Assembly: GCA_044892525.1 (NCBI GenBank)
Contig: CM097885.1
Location: 70,928,001-70,992,000 of the forward strand
Reading direction: 5' to 3'
DNA length: 64,000 bases
DNA from: Schmidtea polychroa
Taxonomy: Eukaryota
Made by a program: the position numbers and the translations under genes. The notes beneath the pieces are model-generated. The model had not been told where the DNA came from and searched no databases. It saw nothing but the letters and a program-made list of their open reading frames with translations. Shown one piece after another: positions 40,075-51,600 of the stretch. The stretch's first letter is position 1; each line of letters opens with the position of its first letter.

Positions 40075-41993
40075 TTATCGAATCCATTCTCTTTTAGGAA
40101 GCTGCAATTTCTTAGCTCTTCTCCTTTTTAATTTGGCTTCATCATCTCGCTAAATAACATTTTTATATATAGCTATGTCAAATATTCTATTTACAGGAAT
40201 CTCTTTTGTCACTCGCCCGATATCCCAATACCCTTCCGGGGTACTCGGAGGGACATATATAGCCCGATGTCTGCTGCATTGTTGGATTCTATTAACAATT
40301 TGACTGTCGGTCATTTCAAGAGCTCCATAATACTTGATAAAAATATTTAATCAACCGAAAAATGATAACGATCGCCTACATTCTTGCACTCGATGCAATC
40401 AAATCCTTTCAATCCCTGTCTATCAGCTTTCTTGCGTATTGTCGATCCGACGTACTTAATTGATTTATTTGCGTTTCTGTAATATTTTGATTAATAAGTA
40501 ATAATATCAATATCGATATATAGCTTGGGAACCAAAATGAACTGACAACCTTCCACATATCCGGTTCTCACAACCCCAATGGAGAAATCCAAAGATATAA
40601 AATGAAATGCAAAGTGGGAATATAATAACAGATTAATGAGGAATACATAGTGGAGCAATAAGAGCGAAGAACGTGGACATATCAATCGATTTGTAGCATA
40701 CCTCTCAATCTCGACCTGGCTTTCGTTTTCTTTATTTCTAAATTGATTATGATTAACGGACAGAGTTTACCACGGATTATGCGTTACTCATCGATGTCAT
40801 TGAAATCCTCCTCCAGTCTCGTTGCATCCAGATCAATCACGCTAGGCGGCTGAGACTGTTTGTCACTCACCAATATATCACAATCGTCATCAAAATCACA
40901 CTCCAACAGCGTCTCATCGGAATCTATTGCGTTAGTCGGCAAAGAAATGTAATCTCCTTCCTCCGATATCTGAGTGTCGATCTCAAACGGGTCGAGCAAA
41001 GATTTCTGTCGGCTGCATTTTACATTAATAAATAACCAAAAACCAATGTTCCCCTCCCAATTAGAAGCTGTGTGTGTGTGTGTCTCCACTCCCTCATACA
41101 ATCTTACAAAATCAATTTAAATACAAAACAGTAAAGTACTGAAAACCAGTTGCAAAAAACAAAAATTGAAGGAAAATTAAACCTATCTCAATCCTCGTGA
41201 AATATCATTTAATGAAATAAATTATTTTATAAAATAAACCCAATCGAATCATCAGGATATACTTCAAATATTTCAAATTAATAACTTGATCCAACTAACC
41301 AATTTTCAGTAAACTGAAATTGTGTCTCCAATATTGTCGTCAATTCGTCACCAGCTTGGTCAAATTTTTCTGTTGATTCTTTGATATAATTTCTTTCATT
41401 GAGGAACATATCACACGTATCATGTGCTAGTATTTCGTCATTCAACATGTTCGGACTAGGACAAAAATTACTAAATAACCGTTTCTTAGGTTCAACACAA
41501 GTAGTTTTCTGTGAATAGATAAGTTTCAGCTTTAATACATTTTTTATTACATACATGATTGGTTTTACCATATCCGTTAGCTAATTAAATTTATATCAAT
41601 AATAATTTTGCTACTAATAATCGTAACCTTCATTTATATGAGACAATTTCGTTTGCATAGAATTCAATTCATATTCTAAATATAAATCTAAATTAAATAA
41701 TAAAAATTGAAAATACCTTTCAATTTAATTTTAAGTAATTCATTCTCTTCCTGATTTTTAGCAAACAACTTTTTGTGTTCTTAAAAAAGGAATGAATATA
41801 TTATTGATAAAAATTGTACCATTCAGGAAATTAGAAACTGCTTTTTCAATATGAGAATTAAATTTACACAATGCATCTTGTTGTTCTAAGAAATATATTA
41901 GTTTTTGGAAATGGCAAATTATATCTCACCTTTATGAAAATTAGAAATTGTTTTTTCAATATCGGAATTAAATTTAGAAAAAAAACTCTCCAT
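40075..41993 (-). CDS. RBBP8: CtIP/Sae2/Com1 DNA end-resection factor, about 360 aa; exons 41993-41930, 41885-41820, 41779-41717, 41675-41628, 41580-41555, 41508-41286, 41261-41240, 41012-40788, 40737-40702, 40476-40380, 40332-40195, 40149-40075
   Basis: C-terminus IRKKADRQGLKGFDCIECKNYY..CSRHRAIYVPPSTPEGYWDIG carries the CxxC and RHR motifs and the PxTPxxYW box; N-terminal coiled coil. Introns are GT-AG, mostly 40-50 nt. The middle exons are less certain. Confidence 0.87.
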
Positions 41994-42744
41994 TTCAAAA
42001 ATATTTAAATATATATTCAATTATAATTATTAAATAACAATAGATTTTAATAAAAATGACTTTAAAATTAATAAAGAAATATATATATATTAAAACAAAT
42101 ATTTTATCAATAATATTGTGTGGTTTGAAATGTAAAGATATAGATTCTTTTTGTTTGTCCTACTATAGCAAAGAGATTATTTTGTAATGAAACAGAAAAC
42201 GAACCTAACCCAGAGTCTTATCAGGCCATTAGCAATTATTGTGATGGGGCTCACCTTTTGCTGACAGCCACCCGCTAAACCACAGTACCAACGTCGTTTA
42301 CGATGGGCGTTTAGTGGTCAAATAAAATAATTATGCGCGATTGCTAAGGGGACGCAAATAGAATGAAAGAGATGGGCAAAAGTTTAAAAAAGTGAATGAG
42401 TTTCCCCATTCGTAACTCACCAACATACTCCAAATACAGACATGTCATTCTCAAACTTTTGGATAACTTTGAGTTTCTGTTGAAGTGTTATCATTGCTTG
42501 TTTTCTCTTATCCATATTTTTAAAGGTTTAATTGAATTAAATATAATATTTATTGGAAGTATAAAGTGATGATTCATTGGTAGCAGTATTTAATATTTAA
42601 AATAATAAAGTGATATTTTAAGCATTGTAGGTCGCCTAAGAGTATGTCATGTTCAAAAAACAAGAACGAGCAGTGATAGGGGTAAATGTGGTTGCCTCAA
42701 CCTGACTCCTTCTGAGACGCCAATGTGACTATTGTTTTAACTAC

Positions 42745-42900
42745 TCATGTGCCCGGGGCGACGACCATGTTGGTACTGCACATAGTAGCTGAGGACCTAT
42801 GGACAGGTGAGCTCCTACGGTAGAACTACTCTCCATAACCTCCTCGTCTACGGGTCCATTAGTGCCGATAGAAGGCCAACATTCTGGTGAATAAAGACAT
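42745..42900 (-). pseudogene. Fragment of the unidentified accessory-ORF family (copy E)
   Basis: DNA match to 19.69-19.81 kb; LCAVPTW vs LCTTPTW. Confidence 0.55.
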
Positions 42901-43069
42901 TGATCACACTTTAAATAATTCAACAACCCTGGTCCGAGGGGTAATATTAATTGAATTAAATTCACCATTCCTCATATCTACCTATACATCAGAAAAGAAG
43001 ATAACAAGCAAAAATTCCATTTAAAACACTGATACATTTATTGCCACCATTCCGTTACAAATCAGCTCC

Positions 43070-44600
43070 AATCACATTCTACCGTCATTAGGGAAAATGT
43101 CCTTTACAGAGCAAGGTGATGTCAACGTAGCATCGCGAGTAGTCCAGATGTCATCTTCCACCTCTTGCAAGAGGAATTCGACGTCCGCCTCCAACTGAGC
43201 GTCGTGGGCTCAATGAGTGGCTGCAACAGGTACCATTCGAGATGTCGCTGATGGAGAAGGTCCTGGTACTGGTACCATCGGTTGGACCACTACAGGGACC
43301 ACAAAGAGGCTTGCTTCTGCTGTAGCGCGCTCGTCTCGCTTGTGTTTGGATTTTTCAGCTCTAGTCAAGCGCTTCCATTTTGGATGGCAGTTAACGTTGT
43401 TCGAGACGGGTAGATCACTGGAAGCTCAATTTGTGGCTGCAGGAGAGGTTGACCGATGAGGAGATCGACTGGTGCCCGTGTATACGATATCAGGTGTGGG
43501 GGAGGTGACTCCGACTTATGACTTCTGCAGGCCGATTTTGAAGGAAATAGCAGATCGTCGTGCAACCGATGTGCGGGAAAAATGTTATCCTGGTCACAAT
43601 TAATGACACAATTAGCATTTAAAACAAAACAAAGTAAACCGCCGAATTATACACAGAGGAAAATTCTCGTCGCCCGTAAGTTTTAAGGTAGGATGGAATT
43701 ATGTATTAATTTTCATCTACGTTAATCCCCTTAATTTTAAGAATGATTAGGATTTCGTTATTAAATTAACCAAACCATTTATTATTATTCCAAATTTTAT
43801 AATTTTTAGATTTATTCATTAACCCAGTACTGGTGATGGTTTATAATACACAGTTATCATTTGTTTATTCGTACAAAATGATCATTTATTGTTTTACGCG
43901 AGATTACTGTTTTTTTACGCTTCTCTCTGATCTCAGTCATGTAAATATACCTCAGTTAAATTCGCACTTGAATAGGTTTAATGTAAATACTCATCGTAAT
44001 TTATACATAATAGTTTTGACGGTCGTAATTCTCTATCAGGTAGTTGTTTTCGTCATTGATGTGATGCATAATGTATCTGATTCATGTTTAATAACACTAG
44101 GCGTGATAGATGTAAATCCAACCAACCAAACGTGGATTCTTATAATCACCGAAGAAGTTTGTGATCGCGATTTCTTAACTCGATTTGGAATTATGGAATG
44201 TGACTACTCGTATGACAATCTACAACAAGGTCTAAATTCGGTAAAATACTACTTGTGCTGTAAATCTAAGCGAATAAAAGAATTGTGTTTTCGCCGACCT
44301 GTCGCGAATCCAATGGTGGAAGCTACCTGTATTATATATCTTGCCTATTTGAAAATTAGAGATCGATTGGTCCATTTTCCATCGGAATGTATTTACTTAA
44401 CATGGGTAGAAGATTAAGTGTAAAAGAGTCTAACACCTGTGTATGACTATGGTATCGCCTGAGTGAAAGTTTACCGATCGACTTGGCTATGACGAATTCT
44501 GCTTCCTTGAAGATTGTTGGTAGCTAAATTGATCTCAGCGTAATTTTATCACTATGATTCTCTCTACACCTAGTTGGAGGAAGATTTATTTCTGCCGGCA
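43070..44600 (-). mobile_element. Decayed Gypsy-like integrase (44600-43900) followed by accessory-ORF copy B (43600-43070)
   Basis: YHSHTQVLDSFTLNLLPMLSKYI..ENGPID..YR..LLF..LPNLDL aligns to YHPQxxGxVERFNRTLLxMLSKYV..ENQxxWD..YR..LLFG..LPxDL. The downstream frame has KRLTRAEKSKHKRD..EASLF..QLEADVEFLL; aataaa near 43040. Confidence 0.55.
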
Positions 44601-44623
44601 TAATCATACAATATACTCTACTT

Positions 44624-47127
44624 CAGTGGTACGCAAACCTTTTACCTCCCGGCACAAAATAGAAAAAAAAAAGTCAAGGCACAAATAGAAAGAATGTATA
44701 TTTTATATAGAATTTTTTTAATAAAATGAAATTACATGTATATATTTTATTTAATGGGATGAGTGCGCTTGTTTTTTGTCGCAAATAAATTTTATACGTG
44801 GTTCGATTTTTGTTAAACAAACTCGCAGCTCATCATCCAACATTAGCAATCGCTCTCTCTTTTTAGATTTAATCTCTGTGAGTGCATAGAATCCGAATTC
44901 GCACAGATATGAGGATCCAAATGGCAGCAGAGATTTGATGGCTTTTAAACTTAAATCAGGATATTGACTTTTTACGAAAATCCAAAATTCTGGCAAGTCC
45001 TTCTCAGCAAGCGCAGCTTTCAAAACTACATCATTTTTCAATTCAATGAGTTCTTCTTCTTCTGCCAAAGACACATCATTGTGGCATATGAATGGATTTA
45101 TCACCCAACCATATTGTGAAGTATCAAGCGACGGAAAATATTTGGAGAAAGATGAAAAAAGATTTTGCAATGTTTCATAGATTTGGTTCATTATTTTGCT
45201 CTGATTTTGAGAAGCATGGACACCTGGCAAAAATTCAATGTTATTTTTTTTTGTCTGTCTGATCCAAAGTTGCAGTTTTTCATCGAATGCTTTGAGTTTT
45301 CCTGTAATTGTGATCATATTTTCTTTCTCACCTTGCAGACTTAAATTAAGTAAGTTCAATTTTTCAAATAAATCGTTCAGAAAAATAACTTCCAGCCACC
45401 ATATATCGCTTTCAAGAAACTCGAACTTACCACCTTCAGTAGAAAAATAGGAAATAATCTCAGTTCGCAAACTGACAACACGAGCAAGCACTTTCCCCTT
45501 CGAGAGCCATCGGACTTCTGTATGAAATAGTAAACTTTTGTGATCTGAATCCATTGCCTCACATAAAGACGTAAATATTCTTGTCCGAAGCGGATTTGAC
45601 TTGATGTAGTTCACTACATTGATTACTTCATTCATTGTTTGCAGAAGCTGAGTGGGCAGAGCTTTTGAAAGTAAAACTTCTCGATGAATCATACAGTGCA
45701 CAATTTGTACTTGTGGATTGCGATGCAAAACATAAGCAACAAAGCCTTTGTTCCGTCCTTGCATTGCTGGAGCTCCGTCAGTGCAGACACTAACACAGTT
45801 ATCCCATTGGAGTCCCTTTGATTGAACCTTTTGATTGAACAGCTCAAAAACATCTTTTCCCGTGGTATTTTTCGTCAGCTCACTACAGAAGAAAAATTGG
45901 TTTTTAATTTTTCCTTCTCTGATGAATCGTAGAAACGCAATCAACTGAGCTTTGCTACTGATATCAGTCGATTCGTCAATTTGAAGCGCCCAAAGTTTTT
46001 CAAGTTCATCTGTATTTGCTACGAAATGCTCATGAATCTGATTGTCAACGTCCTGCGACATGTGTTGAATTCTTCGAGAAATTGTATCAGCTGACAGCGG
46101 AATTTGCTTAATTTTTTCGACTGCTTGATGGTCGAACATTAATTCAACGGCAATTTCTAACGCTGGCAAAATAATCTTTTCGGCATCAGTATGTGACTTT
46201 TTATTTTTGCATAAAAGTTTAGCAATTTTATAGCTAGAAATTTGGGCTTTTTTAGGGATCGAACAAAATACCTTAATTTGTTTTGACTGCCTTTGTAAAT
46301 TAGTTCGGAGGTGGTCAAAGTACATTTTTGATTTATTCTTCATTTCTGGATGTTTTTTTTCCAAATGTCGATGAAGCTTACTTGGTACCATTGATTCATT
46401 CGCAAGAGTTTTTGAGCAAATTAAGCAAAAAGGAAGAGAACTATCATTTTCTGATGGAATAAACCCAATTTCAATATAGTCGTCTTGATATTTGATCTTT
46501 GCCAAACGGTTTGATTTCGCATTTGATTTTGGATTTGGATTTTGGACATTTTCATGTCCAGTTTTCTGAGTTCTTGATACAAATTTATCCATAAGGATGC
46601 CTTGTATTAAAATAAATTAGTAATGGCTGTTAAGAAAAAAAATATTAAATTACTTGCTTGGAATAACAACAATTTAGATCACTACCAATTAATTAATAAC
46701 CTTTGTCAAATCGAAGAAATATCTGGAATTTTTATCAGTTACTAATAATAATCGATAATAATAATAATGTTTTTATTAAATAACTTCTATTCACTTACGA
46801 TACAAACAAAATAATGAGTTCTACAAATTTCCCCACTATAAATTTTGAAATTTTTTACGAATGGCTTTATTCCAATCATAGTATTAAAAATTTCAAAGAA
46901 AAATAGCAAGCCTACTATGGAAAATTTAAAACAAATTTGAATTTTCCATAAAAAATTCAATTAAATAACGGTCACTTTTATCAATTATTGTTACTTCTTG
47001 ACAGTGTTTTGTTTTTATTATATAACTAAAAAAATATTTTCGTACTAAATATTTTCGCATTAGCGGCACATTTTAAATTCTTTTACGGCACACTAATATG
47101 CCGCGGCACATAGTTTGCGTACCACTG
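44624..47127 (-). mobile_element. Full-length Buster-type hAT transposon, 2504 bp, apparently intact
   Basis: Perfect 15-bp TIR cagtggtacgcaaac; perfect 8-bp TSD ctctactt (44616-44623, 47128-47135); uninterrupted transposase ORF. Confidence 0.97.
44751..46592 (-). CDS. hAT (TcBuster/ZBED8-like) transposase, 613 aa
   Basis: BED finger CLICSK..LHRHLEKKHP, catalytic QIDEST and VCTDGAPAM, CxxH in HCMIHRE, EVRWLS, SYLCEFGF, terminal KQAHSSH. Confidence 0.96.
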   Translation of the reverse strand: MDKFVSRTQKTGHENVQNPNPKSNAKSNRLAKIKYQDDYIEIGFIPSENDSSLPFCLICSKTLANESMVPSKLHRHLEKKHPEMKNKSKMYFDHLRTNLQRQSKQIKVFCSIPKKAQISSYKIAKLLCKNKKSHTDAEKIILPALEIAVELMFDHQAVEKIKQIPLSADTISRRIQHMSQDVDNQIHEHFVANTDELEKLWALQIDESTDISSKAQLIAFLRFIREGKIKNQFFFCSELTKNTTGKDVFELFNQKVQSKGLQWDNCVSVCTDGAPAMQGRNKGFVAYVLHRNPQVQIVHCMIHREVLLSKALPTQLLQTMNEVINVVNYIKSNPLRTRIFTSLCEAMDSDHKSLLFHTEVRWLSKGKVLARVVSLRTEIISYFSTEGGKFEFLESDIWWLEVIFLNDLFEKLNLLNLSLQGEKENMITITGKLKAFDEKLQLWIRQTKKNNIEFLPGVHASQNQSKIMNQIYETLQNLFSSFSKYFPSLDTSQYGWVINPFICHNDVSLAEEEELIELKNDVVLKAALAEKDLPEFWIFVKSQYPDLSLKAIKSLLPFGSSYLCEFGFYALTEIKSKKRERLLMLDDELRVCLTKIEPRIKFICDKKQAHSSH

Positions 47128-48685
47128 CTCTACTTCTCGTAAATCAGTTGTTGACACCGTAACAATTATACATATGAATTCCACCACGATGAAACTGCCT
47201 CTTTATATAGTGATTTTACGTCGACCGTCACTAGTCTATTCAATATGATTTTGTGTAACAAAATTTTTCGTCATTTCTCCAACCATCTTATGGGCATTCT
47301 CATTCACTGTGAAGGACCTTTACTCTGTATATCCAACTGATTTTACTGATTTCTGCTAATCAACGTTTCTCCTCGTATCACAACTGTCATAATCAAACTA
47401 TCTCACCAAAATGTCATAAAAATCGATGTTCCGAGCTGGTCAACCGTCTGCTGACTATTTTAAGCTTTTACCTGTAGGTTTGAAAATAACATTGAGAAAT
47501 CAATCTAAGATACGGGTATTTATATTATTTTCATTATGCTATTATCCAATCAGGATTAAGTGATGGTGTATTTTACTTCTTTTGCTATTTTATTTAGTTT
47601 TTCTCGTATTTTTTCTTAATTTTTAATGTTTTCTCGCTTTATTTTATTTGTTTTTATTTTTTCTAAACTATTTTATTTTAATCCTGATGGATGTTCTATT
47701 TCGGTGTCTTCTTTTGTTTTCATTGATTGTTAATTTTACTTATTTCTTTTGACTTACTGTTTTTAATTCTTAATTTTTATTTTTTATTGTCTATCTATTT
47801 GTTTTTCCTTTTTCGTCATTTAATTAATTATTATTTTCAATTTCTATCATCTGATTGATCTCTCAATGTCATCATTCCTACTCACAAATTATGAAAACCC
47901 TATATTTAACAACAGATAAAGAAATTCGCAATTATGTTTTATTGACATATTTTCCCCTTGGCGCAACAGCCTTTTGCTGCGAATAATGTATTTAATGAAA
48001 ATATCTTTGACAAAAAGAATTGACAATTACTATCTTATAGTCGAAAATATTTTCATTAAATACATTATTCTCAGCAAAAGGCTTAAATTATCACTTTATT
48101 GTTTTAAATATTTATTGGCTTATAAATTAAAATCTACTAACACAATGTACTAGCACGATATTTCATACGTGTCTATTTTATTCATTTTAAAGAAATAATA
48201 CTTATGCTACATAAGCCGAGAAATTAAATATATTTATATTTTAGAAGGATTTTATTACATATTGGCCGAATTTCGTAAAATTTTAAAAATGCATAAATTT
48301 TTGTCCAGTTTATCCGAAATCCGTTATATCGGGGTTATATCTAAGTTTAACTATAATAGAATTTCAATCTAAATTATGGATATTTTTAAATTCTAAATTG
48401 TTTGAAAATTTATTTAATGAAATTTAAATGAAACATTTATATTTTTAGCGATCTTAGATAAAAATACGATATCTATAATTATTAAAGGGAAGTTTTCCAA
48501 TTATTTACGTAAATAAATCAAATGTTAGGAGGTTAATTTTAATTAATTAATACTCTTGTTTTGTTTAAATTTGTTAAAAGGTTGTTACATTTTTGTACAT
48601 TGACAAAGTAATTTATCGTAATAAAATTTTATTTTTTAAATTATAAAAATTATATATATATAATATTAATATTAAAATTTTATAG

Positions 48686-51600
48686 ATGAAATCTTCTTTA
48701 TCAGAACAAAATAGACAATCAAAAAATAAAAAATCCCAATGCAATAGTAGTAAATCATCCAAATTCATTGAAAAAGAAAGTATAAGTGGTTTCTCTTTAA
48801 CTTTCTCAAATATACCTACAAGTTTATGTGATTTTATTCCTAAAGACCAAGATAATTTGTCTTATGAAATTGATTTTGAAATAGCTAAAAATTTACGAAA
48901 ATTGGAGAAAAAGGATGCCTTAACAAAGCTGAAATCATTAAATGATTTAATACAAATTTTTAATAACAAAGATGAAGCTTCGGTTATTTCAACATTAAAA
49001 TTCTGGCCCAAGTTATATAATAAATTATCTCTAGATGAAGATAAAAAGGTCCGAGAACAAACTCAACAGTTGATGGGTATGTATGCTCAGATATGTGGAA
49101 AAGAAATATCATCAGTTATTAAACAGTTGCTTCCAACGTGGATAATTTCTCAATCTGATTTGCATCTTCCAGCAGCAAATTTAGCGAAAGAGACTTTTGT
49201 TAAAACATTTTCAACAAAAATTAAACAAGAAAAGGCTTATTTACTGTGCTGGCATTCTATTTATGAGATAATATCAGCTAATTTATGTAAAAATCCTCCA
49301 AATATTAAATCAGAAAGTGGAGATTTTACAACACAAGAAGAAGCATATATACAAGATACTGTTGTTAATATGAGGACAATTATAACATTACTACCATTCT
49401 TGAGAGGTAACGATGAATCTGTAAAAGATTTAGTAACATTATTAAAATCAAAGCAATTTTGGTTGCATTCAAAGCAGAATATCAGTCTAATTCAGTCGGC
49501 ATATTTACAATTGGGGACAGATCTGTTAGATAATTTACCGGATCTTGTGATAGCAACACGATTCATTGCGTCAAACATCTGTGAATGTTATCGCTTGATC
49601 GATAACTATCACCCGCACCTGATTTCCAGAATCTGGACGAGTATTGTCAAATGTGGCGAACATCTACCTCAGGATGAAATCTGGAAATTCGTTAGTTTTA
49701 AATCATTCTTTCTTCCAAAATTTATAAAGTTACTGGAATGTGCAGCCGACGGTCATCTTTCACATATCTATTGCTGCATGTTACCGTTGTTCACTCAGTT
49801 ACCAATCGATCCAATGTCAGAGGAATCCAGTGTAATCTATGAGCAAATATTTACCGCCATGATTCGCGGTTCTGACACCAGCCGTGTCATGAATAATGAG
49901 CGAGAATCGAATTGCACTGTCCAAATGATATTCGAATGCTCCACATATATTATCATTGTCACTGGAAACAGAGCGGGCTCAACAATTGCCAACAAGTTCG
50001 TTGACAGTGTCATGTCGTTTACTTATCTCCGGTTCGCTGATCCAAAATTTAGAAAATCCACAAAAATTGTCTCTAATTTTGTCCATTGCTTTATTAAACC
50101 TCTCATCGTAAAAGATAGCATTAACGCAAAACAAATTATAGATTCGATTGCTCGTTGGATAGATTCTGATCATGACGAAAACGATCGATTCTGTGAAAGG
50201 ATAACCGAATTATTACTCGAACTCAATCAGTCAAACTATAAGCCCGTCAAATTGTTCCATGATAATATGTTAACACAGATTGAACCTATTCTCAAATTGA
50301 AAATAATGCACCAGCATCAATGCCTAGTACCATACTTTTATGCCTGTCACGCCATGCCCTCAGTTCATATTGATCCAGATCAAGCAGATATGATCTTGAT
50401 CAATTGCGGACATTTAATGCAAACATACAATCCGGATGTAATTCGTATCATCAGTCATGGAATCAGCCGCATCATTTCAAATAGTCATCATTCATTAATC
50501 AATAATTTTATTCAATCACTTTCCGATGATCAATTGAATAGTTTTTATATGAAATTCTATCGAGATATCATTTCCAATATCACGGATGCAGAAATAGTTT
50601 CTCAAATGGCATCGATATCTTTATCGATTTGGATAGGTATAATCGATAAATTGATCGAAAAATTATTGAACCAACATAACGATCCGATCACTAATTTATC
50701 CTGGCAATCGATATTTGACCTATGCCATGAATTACCTGCTCATGCCAATGATGATTCCATCATCATTTCTCATCTCAACTCCATCATCGAATCAACAATG
50801 GACAAATATATTTCCGCTGAAACTATTGATCGCCTTATTTCATTGATGAAGAATTGTATTATAAAACTTGATTCAGAATCTCGCCTCGAATTATTATCAT
50901 CATCATTTGCACGAAATTTATTAAAATTAATACTCTGTAATTCTTCCACGCTGGAATTGACCAATCACAATGATTTACAGCCGATCTTGACTTATGTCAA
51001 ACATTGTCAACCCGATAAGGCATTACAATTGTCAGTTGAGTTGATTAATGAGGCAATTTGCGCTCAAAATTGCTCTCAATTATCATTGGTCAGTCATTTC
51101 ATTCAATCAATAATCCAGTGTTCACCGAGTGATGAAATTCGCCAACAATTGACAGATAACATTTCCGCCCAGCTTGTCGATGATATGGTTTCAATCGATT
51201 CCGAGACGGCCAAACAAATCCAGTATTCTCCTGTTCCAGTTCACACAATGCATGAAAGCATTATCGGAATAATCCACAAAATCAATGTCATTCAGTCTAT
51301 TCCATCATCATCGATTGTCATTCAATCTCTATCTCCTGTCATCAATTCAGTATCGATACTCATCAATACCATATTATTGAACACATTCTCCAGTTGTCAC
51401 AATTCGAATTATCTCCTTGGTAAATGTGATAAAGTTTTCAAATCAGTCAATAATCTCGACATTTCCTACTATCAAGATCAGTTGCTTCAATCAGCAATGG
51501 GTTTAGCCTGTGAATTGGATGTTTTCAATCGTTGTCCGACTTTAGTGCTTAATTCTCTCTCCCAGCTTATACCTTCGAATTATTCGCTATGGACAGTTTC

